Positions 47,591 through 58,499 are shown, counted from the stretch's first letter. The stretch is DNA of 64,000 nt from Acidobacteriaceae bacterium (GCA_965199635.1 CBDASL010000001.1:1275422-1339421), one strand, 5' to 3'. Notes: generated from the letters alone by a model not told the origin. Translations and numbers: made by a program.

Positions 47591-48745
47591 TTGAGCTGTA
47601 TGCAGGGTAGGTCGCTTCAGTTTTGCGCCGTGGTTTTGTCCGAGGATGATCCGCTCGTCAGCCGGGTTTACCCGGCACGACCGCGGCCGGCGTCGTTAGC
47701 GTTTCAACGAGATCGCGAACGCATCGTGCAGGCGCGTGCGTTTCGCCGCCTGGCGGGCAAGACGCAGGTGTTTACCAGCCGCGCCTCGGATCACTTCCGC
47801 TCCCGGCTGACGCACACGATCGAGGTGGCACAGATTGCACGCGATGTGGCGGTGCAGCTTGGGCTGAACGAGGAGCTGGCGGAGGCGTTGGCGCTGGTTC
47901 ATGACATCGGGCACCCGCCGTTTGGGCATGCCGGCGAGCGGGCGCTGGACGAGTGTCTGCGCGAGCATGGATTGCGTTTCGACCATAACCTGCATGCGTT
48001 GCGGATCTGCGAGCACTTCGAGACGCGCTACGCCGCGCACAGGGGATTGAACCTGACCTTGGGTGTGCGCGAAGGGATCATCAAACACTCGCGAGACTAT
48101 TCAGTCGCTGCGCATCCCGAACTGGCCAGCTACTTCCTGGATATGAGGCCGCCGCTTGAAGCGCAGATGATCGATCTGGTGGACGAGATTGCTTACCTGA
48201 CGGCGGACCTGGATGACGGGGTAGAGTCTGGTCTGTTGAGCATCGGTGACATTCGGGACCAGGTGCCACTATTTGAGAGTTGCTACGCCAAGGTGGAAGC
48301 GATGCACCCGGGGACGGAGGAGAAGTACCTCTTCCACGAGGCGCTGCAGTGGATGCAGAACTTCCTGGCGGATGACCTGGTTGTGGGGACGAGGGCGGCG
48401 GTGCTGGAAGCGGGAGCGAGCAGACTCGAGGACATAAGGAAGCACCCGACACGACTGGCCTGCTTCACCCCGCCCACGGAGTCGCAACGGCTGGAAGAGA
48501 AGGCGTACCTCTATCGGCAGCTTTACAACTGCCGGGAGTTGACAGTCGAACATGACAAGGCCGAAGAGGTGATCCAGGCGCTTTTCCATGGATGGATCGG
48601 TTCCCCGGAGACGCTGCCGGCGGGGTATGCGGAGGATGTAGCCACAGAAGGTCTGGCTCGGGTGGTGGCGGACTATATTGCCGGGATGACCGACAGCTAC
48701 ATTTTGCAGCGGTATGCCACAGCTAAGGATGCGGTGCGTTTTTAG
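47591..48745 (+). CDS. dGTPase-like dNTP triphosphohydrolase (HD domain)
   Basis: FQRDRERIVQARAFRRLAGKTQVF, RSRLTHTIEVAQIAR and VHDIGHPPFGHAGE. Confidence 0.85.
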   Translation: MSCMQGRSLQFCAVVLSEDDPLVSRVYPARPRPASLAFQRDRERIVQARAFRRLAGKTQVFTSRASDHFRSRLTHTIEVAQIARDVAVQLGLNEELAEALALVHDIGHPPFGHAGERALDECLREHGLRFDHNLHALRICEHFETRYAAHRGLNLTLGVREGIIKHSRDYSVAAHPELASYFLDMRPPLEAQMIDLVDEIAYLTADLDDGVESGLLSIGDIRDQVPLFESCYAKVEAMHPGTEEKYLFHEALQWMQNFLADDLVVGTRAAVLEAGASRLEDIRKHPTRLACFTPPTESQRLEEKAYLYRQLYNCRELTVEHDKAEEVIQALFHGWIGSPETLPAGYAEDVATEGLARVVADYIAGMTDSYILQRYATAKDAVRF

Positions 48746-48805
48746 AGCTGCTGGGGACGATGCGGCTTGACCACAGGTGTGTGTGGCTCCGCTAGGATGG
48801 AGGGC

Positions 48806-49936
48806 ATGGTGTCTCATCGTAAGCGCGCCCTTGTGACCGGGGGAGCAGGACTGATTGGCTCGCACATTGTGGATCTGCTGCTTCGCGAGGGGTGGACCGT
48901 TCGCATACTCGACAACCTGGAACCGCAGACGCACAAGCTGGGCCGGCCGGAGTGGGTGAACCCGCAGGCGGAGTTCCGCCTGGGCGAGGTGCAGGACGCA
49001 GCGACGATGCGAAGCGCACTGGAAGACATTGATGTGGTCTTCCACGAGGCGGCGTACGGCGGGTATATGCCGGAGATGGCCAAGTATGTTCTGGTGAACA
49101 GCTTTGGCACCGCGCAGATGTTGGAGATCATTCGCGACGAGAAGCTGCCGATTCAGAAGGTCGTGGTAGCGAGCTCGCAGGCGGTCTACAGCGAAGGTGC
49201 AGCGCAGTGCCCGGAGCATGGCAAGGTTTCCCCGCTGCTGCGGCCGGTAGAGCAGTTGCGAGCCGGAGACTTCGCCGTGCACTGCCCGATATGCGGGAAG
49301 GCGACGACGTCGATACCGACGCCAGAGGGAACGCCGGGGGGTGGCGAGACAGTCTATGCGCTCACCAAGGTGGACCAGGAACGACTTGTGCTGCTTTGGG
49401 GCAAGCAGACGGGTGTGCCGACGGTGGCACTACGCTACTCGTGCACGTATGGGCCGCGGCAGTCGCTCTTCAATCCCTACACGGGCGTGATCGCAATCTT
49501 CTGCACACGTCTGCTGAACGGGCAGCCGCCGGTGATGTATGAAGACGGCGGGCAGACACGGGATCTGTGCTTCGTGGAAGACATTGCTCGGGCGAACCTC
49601 CTGGTCGCGACGACGGACGCGCTGGACGGGTTGCCGGTGAATGCCGGCAGCGGACGGGCAACCAGCGTGCGGGACCTGGCGAAGATCATCGCTGACCAGC
49701 TTGGCGTGCAGCTTGCACCGCTCGCGCGTGGGGAGTTCCGGCCCGGAGAGATCCGGTCGCTGATCTCTGACATCAGCAGGATCCGGACGATCGGGTATGA
49801 GCCACAGACGACGCTGGAGCAGGGAATCGCACGGTACATCGAGTGGATCCGAACGCAGGGCTCGGTGGAGGACTACTTTAGCAAGGCGGAGGCGGGACTA
49901 CGTGCCAGTGGGATCGTGCAGCGCGTCGGCAGCTAA
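48806..49936 (+). CDS. NAD-dependent epimerase/dehydratase (extended SDR) with a Cys/His knuckle insertion
   Basis: ALVTGGAGLIGSH (Rossmann) and YALTKVDQE (YxxxK). Insertion CPEHG...CPICG. An alternative ATG lies at 48797. Confidence 0.8.
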   Translation: MVSHRKRALVTGGAGLIGSHIVDLLLREGWTVRILDNLEPQTHKLGRPEWVNPQAEFRLGEVQDAATMRSALEDIDVVFHEAAYGGYMPEMAKYVLVNSFGTAQMLEIIRDEKLPIQKVVVASSQAVYSEGAAQCPEHGKVSPLLRPVEQLRAGDFAVHCPICGKATTSIPTPEGTPGGGETVYALTKVDQERLVLLWGKQTGVPTVALRYSCTYGPRQSLFNPYTGVIAIFCTRLLNGQPPVMYEDGGQTRDLCFVEDIARANLLVATTDALDGLPVNAGSGRATSVRDLAKIIADQLGVQLAPLARGEFRPGEIRSLISDISRIRTIGYEPQTTLEQGIARYIEWIRTQGSVEDYFSKAEAGLRASGIVQRVGS

Positions 49937-50009
49937 TCTCGACTCGCGAACAACGGCTAACGCTCCGATGCACGGCCGGTGAGCTGGTCGCGCCGACTCC
50001 TGTCTTACG

Positions 50010-50038
50010 TTGAAAGCTGTAGCGGACGCGGCTAATTT
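50010..50038 (+). promoter_or_regulatory. possible sigma70-type promoter for the riboswitch-controlled transcript
   Basis: TTGAAA (50010-50015), a 17-nt spacer, then TAATTT (50033-50038). Weak -10. Eye match only. Confidence 0.3.
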
Positions 50039-50122
50039 GTAACTTCGTCGGAGCGTGGCTTGCGTCCCCCTTCGGGCTGTGCCACAATCAATTCATTCCA
50101 GTCTGCCCCGTGCAGATTTGAA

Positions 50123-50224
50123 TTTCATGAAGAGTGGTCGAGGGACGAGCCCTGTGACGCCACGACAACCGGACAGACCACACGTACCGGTGTCACCTCT
50201 CTCCTGGCAACAGGGAACATGAGA
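50123..50224 (+). promoter_or_regulatory. SAM-I (S-box) riboswitch aptamer
   Basis: P1 UUUCAUG/CAUGAGA. Conserved core AGAGUGGUCGAGGGACGAGCCCUGUGACGCCACGACAACC. P3 ACCGG...CCGGU. GUGUCA junction. P4 CCUG-GCAA-CAGG. Hand-aligned to the T. tengcongensis / B. subtilis SAM-I consensus. Confidence 0.8.
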
Positions 50225-50331
50225 TTCGGAGTCAGAAGTTTCTAGTCTGCACCCCTTATCCCCGTCCCTGGTGCAGATTCCCCTGAGAGAGTTGGTGAAA
50301 TAGGCCGCACCCCTCCGCTACGGAGAGTGCA

Positions 50332-51621
50332 ATGGCGTATTCCTGTTCGACGTACGAGCTGCGGTGTAATGAATGCGGAAAGTCCTTCGGCAATCAGCCG
50401 CTCTCAGCCTGTGACGTCTGCCTGGCTCCCCTCGAGGTGCAGTACGATCTGGACGCTCTACGGTCCAAGGTCACACGAGAGACAATCCAATCGGGTCCGT
50501 TCAACATCTGGCGCTACGCTGCGTTGCTGCCGATTCCTGAAGGTTTTCAGCCCGACTTGCCGGTAGGGTTCACGCCACTGCTGCGCGCACGATCCCTTGG
50601 GCGACGCATTGGGGCGAACAATCTCTACATCAAGAATGATTCCGTCTGTTTCCCCACGCTTTCCTTCAAAGACCGGGTTGTATCCGTCGCGCTGGCCAAT
50701 GCGCAGGCCTTCGGCTTTACAACTGTTGGCTGCTCGTCTACTGGCAACCTGGCCAACTCTGTAGCAGCGCAGGCCGCTCGCCTCGGCCTGAAGGCGACGA
50801 TCCTGGTGCCGGCAGACCTGGAGCCGGCAAAGATCCTGAACACACTGGTCTACGGGGCACAGCTTGTCCGTATCGATGGCAACTACGACCACGTCAACCG
50901 GCTGTGCACGTTGATTGCTGACGAGTACGGGTGGGGCCTGGTGAATGTGAATCTGCGGCCATACTACGCCGAAGGCTCGAAGACGGTTGGGTATGAAATT
51001 GCCGAGCAGCTGGGGTGGCGTCTGCCGGACAACGTGGTTTGCCCGATGGCAGGTGGCAGCCTGATCCGGAAGATCCGGAAGGCCTTCCGCGAGCTGGTAG
51101 AACTGGGCCTGGTGGAAGATAAGCCGGTGCGCTTCTTTGGCGCACAGGCGACGGGCTGCTCGCCGATTGCGCACTCGGTGAAGAACAAGTTTGACTTCAT
51201 CGAGCCGCAGCGACCGAATACGATCGCACGGTCACTGGCTATCGGCAATCCAGCGGATGGTCCAGCGGCATCGATGATGATTCAGGAGACGGGCGGGTAT
51301 GCAGAGGATGTCTCGGACATTGAGGTCGTCTCTGGAATCCAGGAGCTTGCCGAGACGGAAGGGATCTTCACCGAGACAGCAGGTGGTGTGACGACATCCG
51401 TGACGGCACGGCTTTACGCGCATGGCCGAATTCACCCTGATGAGACGACAGTGTCGGTTATCACCGGCAACGGGCTGAAGACAACCGATGCGCTGGTGAA
51501 CTGCTATCCGCAGGAGGCCGCGATCCGGCCACGGCTGCAGGACTTCGCGGAGTACCTTGAGAAGCATTCGAAAGTGAGTCACGCCGAGGCTGAAAGCCTG
51601 CTGACTGTAGGAGTGAACTGA
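50332..51621 (+). CDS. threonine synthase family PLP enzyme (ThrC-like; MetM-like candidate)
   Basis: N-terminal Zn-knuckle YELRCNECGK...CDVCLAPLEV. PLP-lysine motif FPTLSFKDR. GCSSTGNLA. Lies downstream of the SAM-I aptamer. Confidence 0.85.
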   Translation: MAYSCSTYELRCNECGKSFGNQPLSACDVCLAPLEVQYDLDALRSKVTRETIQSGPFNIWRYAALLPIPEGFQPDLPVGFTPLLRARSLGRRIGANNLYIKNDSVCFPTLSFKDRVVSVALANAQAFGFTTVGCSSTGNLANSVAAQAARLGLKATILVPADLEPAKILNTLVYGAQLVRIDGNYDHVNRLCTLIADEYGWGLVNVNLRPYYAEGSKTVGYEIAEQLGWRLPDNVVCPMAGGSLIRKIRKAFRELVELGLVEDKPVRFFGAQATGCSPIAHSVKNKFDFIEPQRPNTIARSLAIGNPADGPAASMMIQETGGYAEDVSDIEVVSGIQELAETEGIFTETAGGVTTSVTARLYAHGRIHPDETTVSVITGNGLKTTDALVNCYPQEAAIRPRLQDFAEYLEKHSKVSHAEAESLLTVGVN

Positions 51622-51622
51622 T

Positions 51623-51901
51623 ATGGCTGTACAGGTGACCTTGCCCACCGCATTTACACGGCATACGGGCGGGCAGAAGAGCTTTTCCTGCGATGTTGCG
51701 AACCTGCCATCGCTGCTGAAATACATCACCGAGAGCTTTCCTGCTCTTGGGACCCAGATCCTTGACGAGGGCGGGCGGCTACGCCGCTTCGTAAATATCT
51801 ACATCAATGACGAGGACATCCGCTTCTTGGGAGGTGAGACCTATTCCTTCCAGGATGGGGACGAATTGATGCTTATTCCATCGATTGCCGGCGGAATCTA
51901 G
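51623..51901 (+). CDS. MoaD/ThiS-family ubiquitin-like sulfur-carrier protein
   Basis: 92 aa. ...FVNIYINDEDIRFLGGETYSFQDGDELMLIPSIAGGI has a beta-grasp pattern with a C-terminal Gly-Gly plus one residue. The ATG is 1 nt after the ThrC-like stop. Confidence 0.75.
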   Translation: MAVQVTLPTAFTRHTGGQKSFSCDVANLPSLLKYITESFPALGTQILDEGGRLRRFVNIYINDEDIRFLGGETYSFQDGDELMLIPSIAGGI

Positions 51902-52010
51902 AGGGAGAGTCGCCAGGTATGTGGCTCGAAGCAACGATCCAGCGCTGCTAGACCTCTTATGGATGGAATGGACGACTGTTTAGTCGTAGGTCAGTCCAGA
52001 AAGAGGATGT

Positions 52011-52157
52011 ATGTTTCTGATTCTTGCGCTGGTTTTGCTTGTTCTCTGGGTCGGTGGCTTCTTCGTGATGCACATCAGCAGCTTCGCGATCCACTTACTC
52101 ATCATCTTTGCCGTGATCTCGTTCATCCTTAACTTCGTAACAGGCAGGCGCGCTTAG
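52011..52157 (+). CDS. lmo0937-family small membrane protein (48 aa)
   Basis: Hand-translated as MFLILALVLLVLWVGGFFVMHISSFAIHLLIIFAVISFILNFVTGRRA. Two TM helices and a basic tail. AGAGGA lies 5 nt upstream. It is shorter than any ORF listed in the track and so is not listed there. Confidence 0.6.
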   Translation: MFLILALVLLVLWVGGFFVMHISSFAIHLLIIFAVISFILNFVTGRRA

Positions 52158-52181
52158 TCGCTGGACTGGCACTATGACGAA

Positions 52182-52207
52182 AGGCCGGGCTTAGAGCCCG
52201 GCCTTTT
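52182..52207. terminator. bidirectional intrinsic terminator between the small membrane-protein gene and lon
   Basis: aggccgggct-tag-agcccggcct is a perfect 10-bp stem, followed by ttt on the plus strand and flanked by an A-rich run on the other side. Confidence 0.8.
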
Positions 52208-52225
52208 GCCTTGGTGCCATGTATT

Positions 52226-54652
52226 TTACTGGTGCGACTGGACGGATGGAGGGTCGACGACGGGTGGCGGCATGACGCCCTCAAGCGCCTCGGGCGTCTC
52301 CTCTTCGAGTTGGGGCAGGGCACCCTCGAGTGCGATCTGGAGCACCTGATCCATGCTCTCGACAAAGTTTAGCTTCATCGAAGTCTTGAGAAGCTCCGGC
52401 AGATCCGCGTAGTCCTTGCGATTTTCTTCAGGGACGATTGCCTCGAAGATGCCAGCGCGGTGTGCCGCGAGCAGCTTCTCTTTCAGACCACCGATAGCGA
52501 GCACCTTGCCGCGGAGCGTGACCTCACCCGTCATGGCGATGTCTCGCCGGACCTTGATCTGCGTGAGCGCGCTCGCCAAAGCGGTGGCCAGCGTGATCCC
52601 GGCAGATGGGCCATCCTTGGGAATAGCACCCTCTGGCACGTGGACGTGAATGTCAACCTGCCGGTAGAAGTCCTTCTTCAGGCCCAAGTGGTGCGCCCGC
52701 GAGCGGATGTAGCTGAGAGCAGCCTGCGCTGACTCCTGCATTACGTCGCCGAGTTGACCTGTCGTGGTGAGCTTCCCTCGACCGTCGAGCACCTGCACTT
52801 CCGTCTGAAGGATGGTCCCACCGACCTCGGTCCAAGCGAGTCCTGTGACCAGACCAATCTCACTCTTCTCTTCGGCCATGGAATCACGAAACTTCTGGAC
52901 GCCGAGCAGGTCAGGCAGCGATTCGGCTGTGATTGCCTCGGTGTGCTCCGCTCCGTTCTTCACGACGCGTCGTGCTACCTTGCGGGCGACATTGCCTATC
53001 TCGCGTTCGAGATTGCGGACGCCGGCTTCCCGGGTGTAGCCGCGGATGATCCGGCGCAGCGACTCGTCATCGAACTGAAGCTGTGCCTCCGTGAGCCCTG
53101 TGCCCTCTCGCTGCTTGTTGACGAGGTACTGCTTGGCGATCTCAAGCTTTTCAAGCTCGGTGTAACCATGCAGACGCAGGATCTCCATGCGGTCCTGGAG
53201 TGGGCCGGGAATAGTGTGGAGAACGTTTGCCGTGGCGATGAACAAGACCTGCGATAGGTCGTACTCGACGTCGAGGTAGTGATCCTGAAAGGTGGTGTTC
53301 TGCTCCGGATCGAGCACTTCAAGAAGAGCGCTGGCGGGATCACCACGGAAGTCGGACGCCATCTTGTCGATCTCGTCGAGCATGATGACCGGGTTTTTAG
53401 TACCGGCCTTCTTCATGTTCTGGATGATCTGCCCAGGAAGTGCGCCGATATAGGTTCGTCGGTGGCCGCGGATCTCCGCTTCATCGCGAACACCACCGAG
53501 GGACATCCGAACAAACTTGCGACCGGTGGCCTTGGCGATGGACATGCCAAGCGAGGTTTTGCCAACGCCGGGAGGCCCGACGAAACACAAAATCGAGCCT
53601 TTTGGATTCTTGATCAGCTGGCGCACAGCGAGGAACTCAAGAATGCGCTCCTTGATCTTCTCGAGGCCGTAGTGATCTTCGTTCAGGATCTGTTCGGCAT
53701 GCTCGATGGATCGGATCTCCTTGGAGCGTTTGCGCCACGGTACGCCGAGGAGCCAGTCGAGGTAGTTGCGAGAGACGGTCGACTCGGCCGACATGGGCGG
53801 CATCGCCTCTAGCTTCTTCAACTCCTGCAGGCTCTTCTCGAGAACGTCCTTGGGCATGCCGGCGGTCTCGATCTTCTTGCGGAGCTCGTCGAACTCACTC
53901 TTCTCGCCGCGGCCGAGTTCCTTCTGGATGGCCTTGATCTTCTCGTTGAGGTAGTACTCTTTCTGTGCCTTCTCCATCTGGCGCTTCACGCGAGATTGGA
54001 TGGTGCGATCCATATTGAGCTTCTCGATCGCGACATCCAGAGTGTCGGCAACGCGGGAAAGACGCTCTTCCACGTCGAAGACTTCCAGGAGCTGCTGCTT
54101 CTCTTCAATGGACAGCTGAAGGTTGGCGGCGATGGTATCGGCGAGCCTGGCAGGCTCGTCGGTCCGCACACTGGCTGCCATCGTTTCGTAGTTGAGGGAC
54201 TGCTGCAGCTTGACATATTGCTCGAACAGCGTAGTCACACGCTGCATCAGTTGCTCAAGCTGGGGGGAGGGGGCGGCGGGGGCGCCTGCCGTGCGAAGAG
54301 TGGCGATGAAGAAACCATCCTCATCGTTTAGCTCGCTGGCGCGCGCTCGCTCAACGCCCTCTACGAGCACCTTGATGTTGCCGTCCGGCATCTTCACGCT
54401 CTGGACGATGTTGCCTATGGTTCCGGTCTCGAAGATGTCGTTGGCTGATGGCTCATCGACTGAGGCGTCGTGCTGCGTAGCCAGGAAGATCTTGCGGTCA
54501 CCGTTGAGGGCTTCTTCCAGAGCCCGCACGCTTGATTCTCGTCCCACCACGAACGGAGTCATCATGAAGGGGAAGATGACCATGTCGCGGATCGGCATCA
54601 TCGGGAGCTTGCGCTCGTCGCCGGTCAATACTGTCTTTGCTGAGGTCGTCAT
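52226..54652 (-). CDS. lon: ATP-dependent Lon protease
   Basis: From the Met at 54652 (GGAGG upstream): [23 protein letters not shown]. Walker [10 protein letters not shown]. Protease site [15 protein letters not shown]. The ORF-track extension to 54781 is unsupported. Confidence 0.9.
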   Translation of the reverse strand: MTTSAKTVLTGDERKLPMMPIRDMVIFPFMMTPFVVGRESSVRALEEALNGDRKIFLATQHDASVDEPSANDIFETGTIGNIVQSVKMPDGNIKVLVEGVERARASELNDEDGFFIATLRTAGAPAAPSPQLEQLMQRVTTLFEQYVKLQQSLNYETMAASVRTDEPARLADTIAANLQLSIEEKQQLLEVFDVEERLSRVADTLDVAIEKLNMDRTIQSRVKRQMEKAQKEYYLNEKIKAIQKELGRGEKSEFDELRKKIETAGMPKDVLEKSLQELKKLEAMPPMSAESTVSRNYLDWLLGVPWRKRSKEIRSIEHAEQILNEDHYGLEKIKERILEFLAVRQLIKNPKGSILCFVGPPGVGKTSLGMSIAKATGRKFVRMSLGGVRDEAEIRGHRRTYIGALPGQIIQNMKKAGTKNPVIMLDEIDKMASDFRGDPASALLEVLDPEQNTTFQDHYLDVEYDLSQVLFIATANVLHTIPGPLQDRMEILRLHGYTELEKLEIAKQYLVNKQREGTGLTEAQLQFDDESLRRIIRGYTREAGVRNLEREIGNVARKVARRVVKNGAEHTEAITAESLPDLLGVQKFRDSMAEEKSEIGLVTGLAWTEVGGTILQTEVQVLDGRGKLTTTGQLGDVMQESAQAALSYIRSRAHHLGLKKDFYRQVDIHVHVPEGAIPKDGPSAGITLATALASALTQIKVRRDIAMTGEVTLRGKVLAIGGLKEKLLAAHRAGIFEAIVPEENRKDYADLPELLKTSMKLNFVESMDQVLQIALEGALPQLEEETPEALEGVMPPPVVDPPSVQSHQ

Positions 54653-54904
54653 AGATCTCCTCCAATACAAGACGCGTGGCAGAGGGAAACGACGCGCCTC
54701 CGACACGGCGTTTGGTGATTGTACTTCTTCAGACCGGGGTGGAGATCGATCCCATGAGATTGCGCCCATATCCGGGCACACGGCTTCACAACGTCAACGT
54801 TGCGCTGACTGGCACTTTGGAGAAGATATTGGGCGGGAAGAGAAGTGCAGCGGCGTAGGGCGTATCGGCTGCCTGAAGAAGCTGCCGTACGCCCCAGCCC
54901 GAAG

Positions 54905-56191
<1,287 letters not shown>

Positions 56192-56333
56192 GGCCGTCAG
56201 CGTGCTCCCACACAACACCGCAGTAGCGACAGTGTTCCTGCTAGTTTACACCGCCACGGGCGGTGGGGCCGGGGAGGCACGGTACCCTGCTGAGTACGCA
56301 AGGACCGTGCCTTTCGGAGAAGTTAAGGACCAG

Positions 56334-56930
56334 CTAGACCCGGGGCCGATCGATGATGTCATCAACAAGGCCATAGTCGCGAGCCTGAGGGGCTGTCATG
56401 CTGAAGTCGCGATCGGTGTCCCGCTCGATCTGCTCGACAGACTGCCCGGTGTGACTTGCCATGATCTTGTTCATCAGTTCGCGGATGCGCAGGATCTCCC
56501 GAGCGTGGATGTCGATCTCGGTGGCCTGGCCGCTGATGCCGCCGCCCATGATCAGTGGCTGATGGATGAGGATGCGGGAGTTGGGGAGAGCGAATCGCTT
56601 GCCCTTTTTGCCTGCCATCAGCAGGAAGGCGCCCATGCTGGCAGCCTGCCCGATGCACAGGGTTTGTACATCGTTCTTGATGTACTGCATGGTGTCATAG
56701 ATCGCCATGCCAGCCGTAATGGAGCCGCCGGGCGAGTTGATATAGAGCTGGATATCCTTTTCCGGGTCTTCACCGCTCAGGAAGAGCAGCTGCGCAATGA
56801 TGACGTTGGCGATGTTGTCGTCAATCGGTGTGCCAAGAAAGATAATGTTGTCGCGAAGCAGACGGCTATAGATGTCGTAGGCACGCTCGCCTCGACTCGT
56901 CTGCTCGATCACCATCGGTACAAGTCCCAT
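56334..56930 (-). CDS. clpP: ATP-dependent Clp protease proteolytic subunit ClpP
   Basis: [16 protein letters not shown], catalytic [11 protein letters not shown] and IHQP. Confidence 0.9.
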   Translation of the reverse strand: MGLVPMVIEQTSRGERAYDIYSRLLRDNIIFLGTPIDDNIANVIIAQLLFLSGEDPEKDIQLYINSPGGSITAGMAIYDTMQYIKNDVQTLCIGQAASMGAFLLMAGKKGKRFALPNSRILIHQPLIMGGGISGQATEIDIHAREILRIRELMNKIMASHTGQSVEQIERDTDRDFSMTAPQARDYGLVDDIIDRPRV

Positions 56931-57016
56931 TGCTGTCTCCGTTCGGTGGGGCGGTAGCTGTCGTGTGGTGTGGATCGGGCGCCTGACTCAGAACGCCCAA
57001 TCTATTGATGCCACGT

Positions 57017-58432
57017 TTAGGAGGCGAGCTTCTCGTAGACCGCAGTGCCAGTGCGCTCGCGACGAATTTGATCGCGGATGCGGTCGATGCTGCCGTCGCG
57101 CGAAAGACGCTCGCGCAGGGTGTCGAGCGGCTCACGCGTTTGCAGCGACAGCATCAGGAGCTCGCGGTCGAGATCGTCCTGGCTGACCTCGATGCCTTCG
57201 AGCTGTGAGAGCTTGTCCAGAATCATGGAAGCTTTCACCTCGTTGATGGCCTGGTCGCGCTGGGCGTCGCGGAGACGATGGAAGTCGAGTTGCCGCATCT
57301 GCTCTTCACCCATGCCCTGCTGAGCGAGAGCGCGAAGCCCACGCTCGAGACGAGCATCGATCTGTTGCTGCACGAAGATCTCCGGAACAGGGAAGGGGAA
57401 GCGAGCGATCATGGCTTCGAGCATGTCGTCCTTGGCCCGGCTTTCGAGAGCATCCTTCTTGCGTCGCTCCGCCATCTCGCGAAGCTTGGTTTCGAGCTCC
57501 TCGAAGCTCTCGTACGCGCCGAGCTTCTTGGCGAGTTCTGCATCGCGCTCGGGATACGACTTGCGCTTGATCGCTTTCACCGTGACGTCATAGGAGACGG
57601 TCTGCCCGGCCAGGCGGGGCTCACCAAAATCCTTCGGGTACTCGACTTCAAAGCTGAGCTCCTGGCCAGGCTTGGTGCCGCGAAGCGCGTCAGAGAAGGC
57701 AGGCAGGGTAGTTGTGCCACCAATCTCAAGGAGCACGTCCTCCCCGTCGATCGTTTCGGCCTCCTCGGATGCCGCCTCTGCATCGCCCTGGGCGTCCTTG
57801 AACTGCCCTTTAAACTGGATCTCCGCCCAGTCGCCGTCGCGAATCTCCCGATCCTCCTCGACTGCTTCGACGGTGGCTACGCTGTCGAGCACGCGATTCA
57901 GCTCGGCGGTGTATTCCTCTTCTTTCAGCTGTGTGTCTGGCCGCTTGACTTCTACCGTTTCGAAGCCGTTGAGGTCGAGCTCGGGGCGGACCTCAAACTG
58001 TGCCTTGAACCGCAGAGGCTGGCCCTCGAAGAGCTGGAGATCGCGAAGTTGCGGTTCGGAGACCGGAGCCACCTGCTGTGCTTCAAGAGCTTCACGGAAG
58101 CGCTGCGACACAAGGCCTTCAAGCACTTCCTGGCGAACTTCCTTGTCGAACTTACGGCGCACCAGCGACTCCGGCACCTTGCCGGCGCGGAAGCCCGGAA
58201 TGCGAGCCAGCTTCTGGTAGCGCTTGATCACCTGCCGAAAGGCCTTATCCACATCATCCGCGCTGGCCTCAACGCTGATCTCTCGTACCAGGTCCGGATT
58301 CATCGCGGGGGCGTGTACGTGAGCCGGAGCAGCTTTAATAGGTGCAACGTCGGTGGTTGCTGTTGGCTGCGTTGTTTCGTTGTCGCCGTTTTGCGGCGCA
58401 TCCTGTGTCAGTGTTTCTGTCGACTCGCTCAC
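57017..58432 (-). CDS. tig: trigger factor
   Basis: IPGFRAGKVPESLVRRKF signature and a C-terminal arm domain. I prefer the GTG at 58432 (VSESTETLTQ...) because the ORF-track TTG at 58526-58528 lies inside a -35-like TTGACC. Confidence 0.85.
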   Translation of the reverse strand: MSESTETLTQDAPQNGDNETTQPTATTDVAPIKAAPAHVHAPAMNPDLVREISVEASADDVDKAFRQVIKRYQKLARIPGFRAGKVPESLVRRKFDKEVRQEVLEGLVSQRFREALEAQQVAPVSEPQLRDLQLFEGQPLRFKAQFEVRPELDLNGFETVEVKRPDTQLKEEEYTAELNRVLDSVATVEAVEEDREIRDGDWAEIQFKGQFKDAQGDAEAASEEAETIDGEDVLLEIGGTTTLPAFSDALRGTKPGQELSFEVEYPKDFGEPRLAGQTVSYDVTVKAIKRKSYPERDAELAKKLGAYESFEELETKLREMAERRKKDALESRAKDDMLEAMIARFPFPVPEIFVQQQIDARLERGLRALAQQGMGEEQMRQLDFHRLRDAQRDQAINEVKASMILDKLSQLEGIEVSQDDLDRELLMLSLQTREPLDTLRERLSRDGSIDRIRDQIRRERTGTAVYEKLAS

Positions 58433-58499
58433 TTCTCTTTTAAACCTTCCCTGGTTCCCGGGATCAGATCCCCGCCCCGTCTTAAGACCACATCTCTCC

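Noticed and set aside
50102-50279. Two hairpins flanking the SAM-I aptamer, considered as transcription terminators: tctgc-cccgt-gcaga at 50102-50116 and tctgcacc-n15-ggtgcaga at 50247-50277.
   Set aside because: Neither is followed by a U-tract. The downstream one may belong to the expression platform, but I cannot assign an ON/OFF mechanism by eye.
54767-54796. A sigma32-like promoter upstream of lon, read on the minus strand as TTGACG-n15-CCCGGATAT.
   Set aside because: It is only a loose match to CTTGAAA-n13-15-CCCCATnT, and in GC-rich DNA such matches arise by chance. It needs TSS mapping before it can be called.
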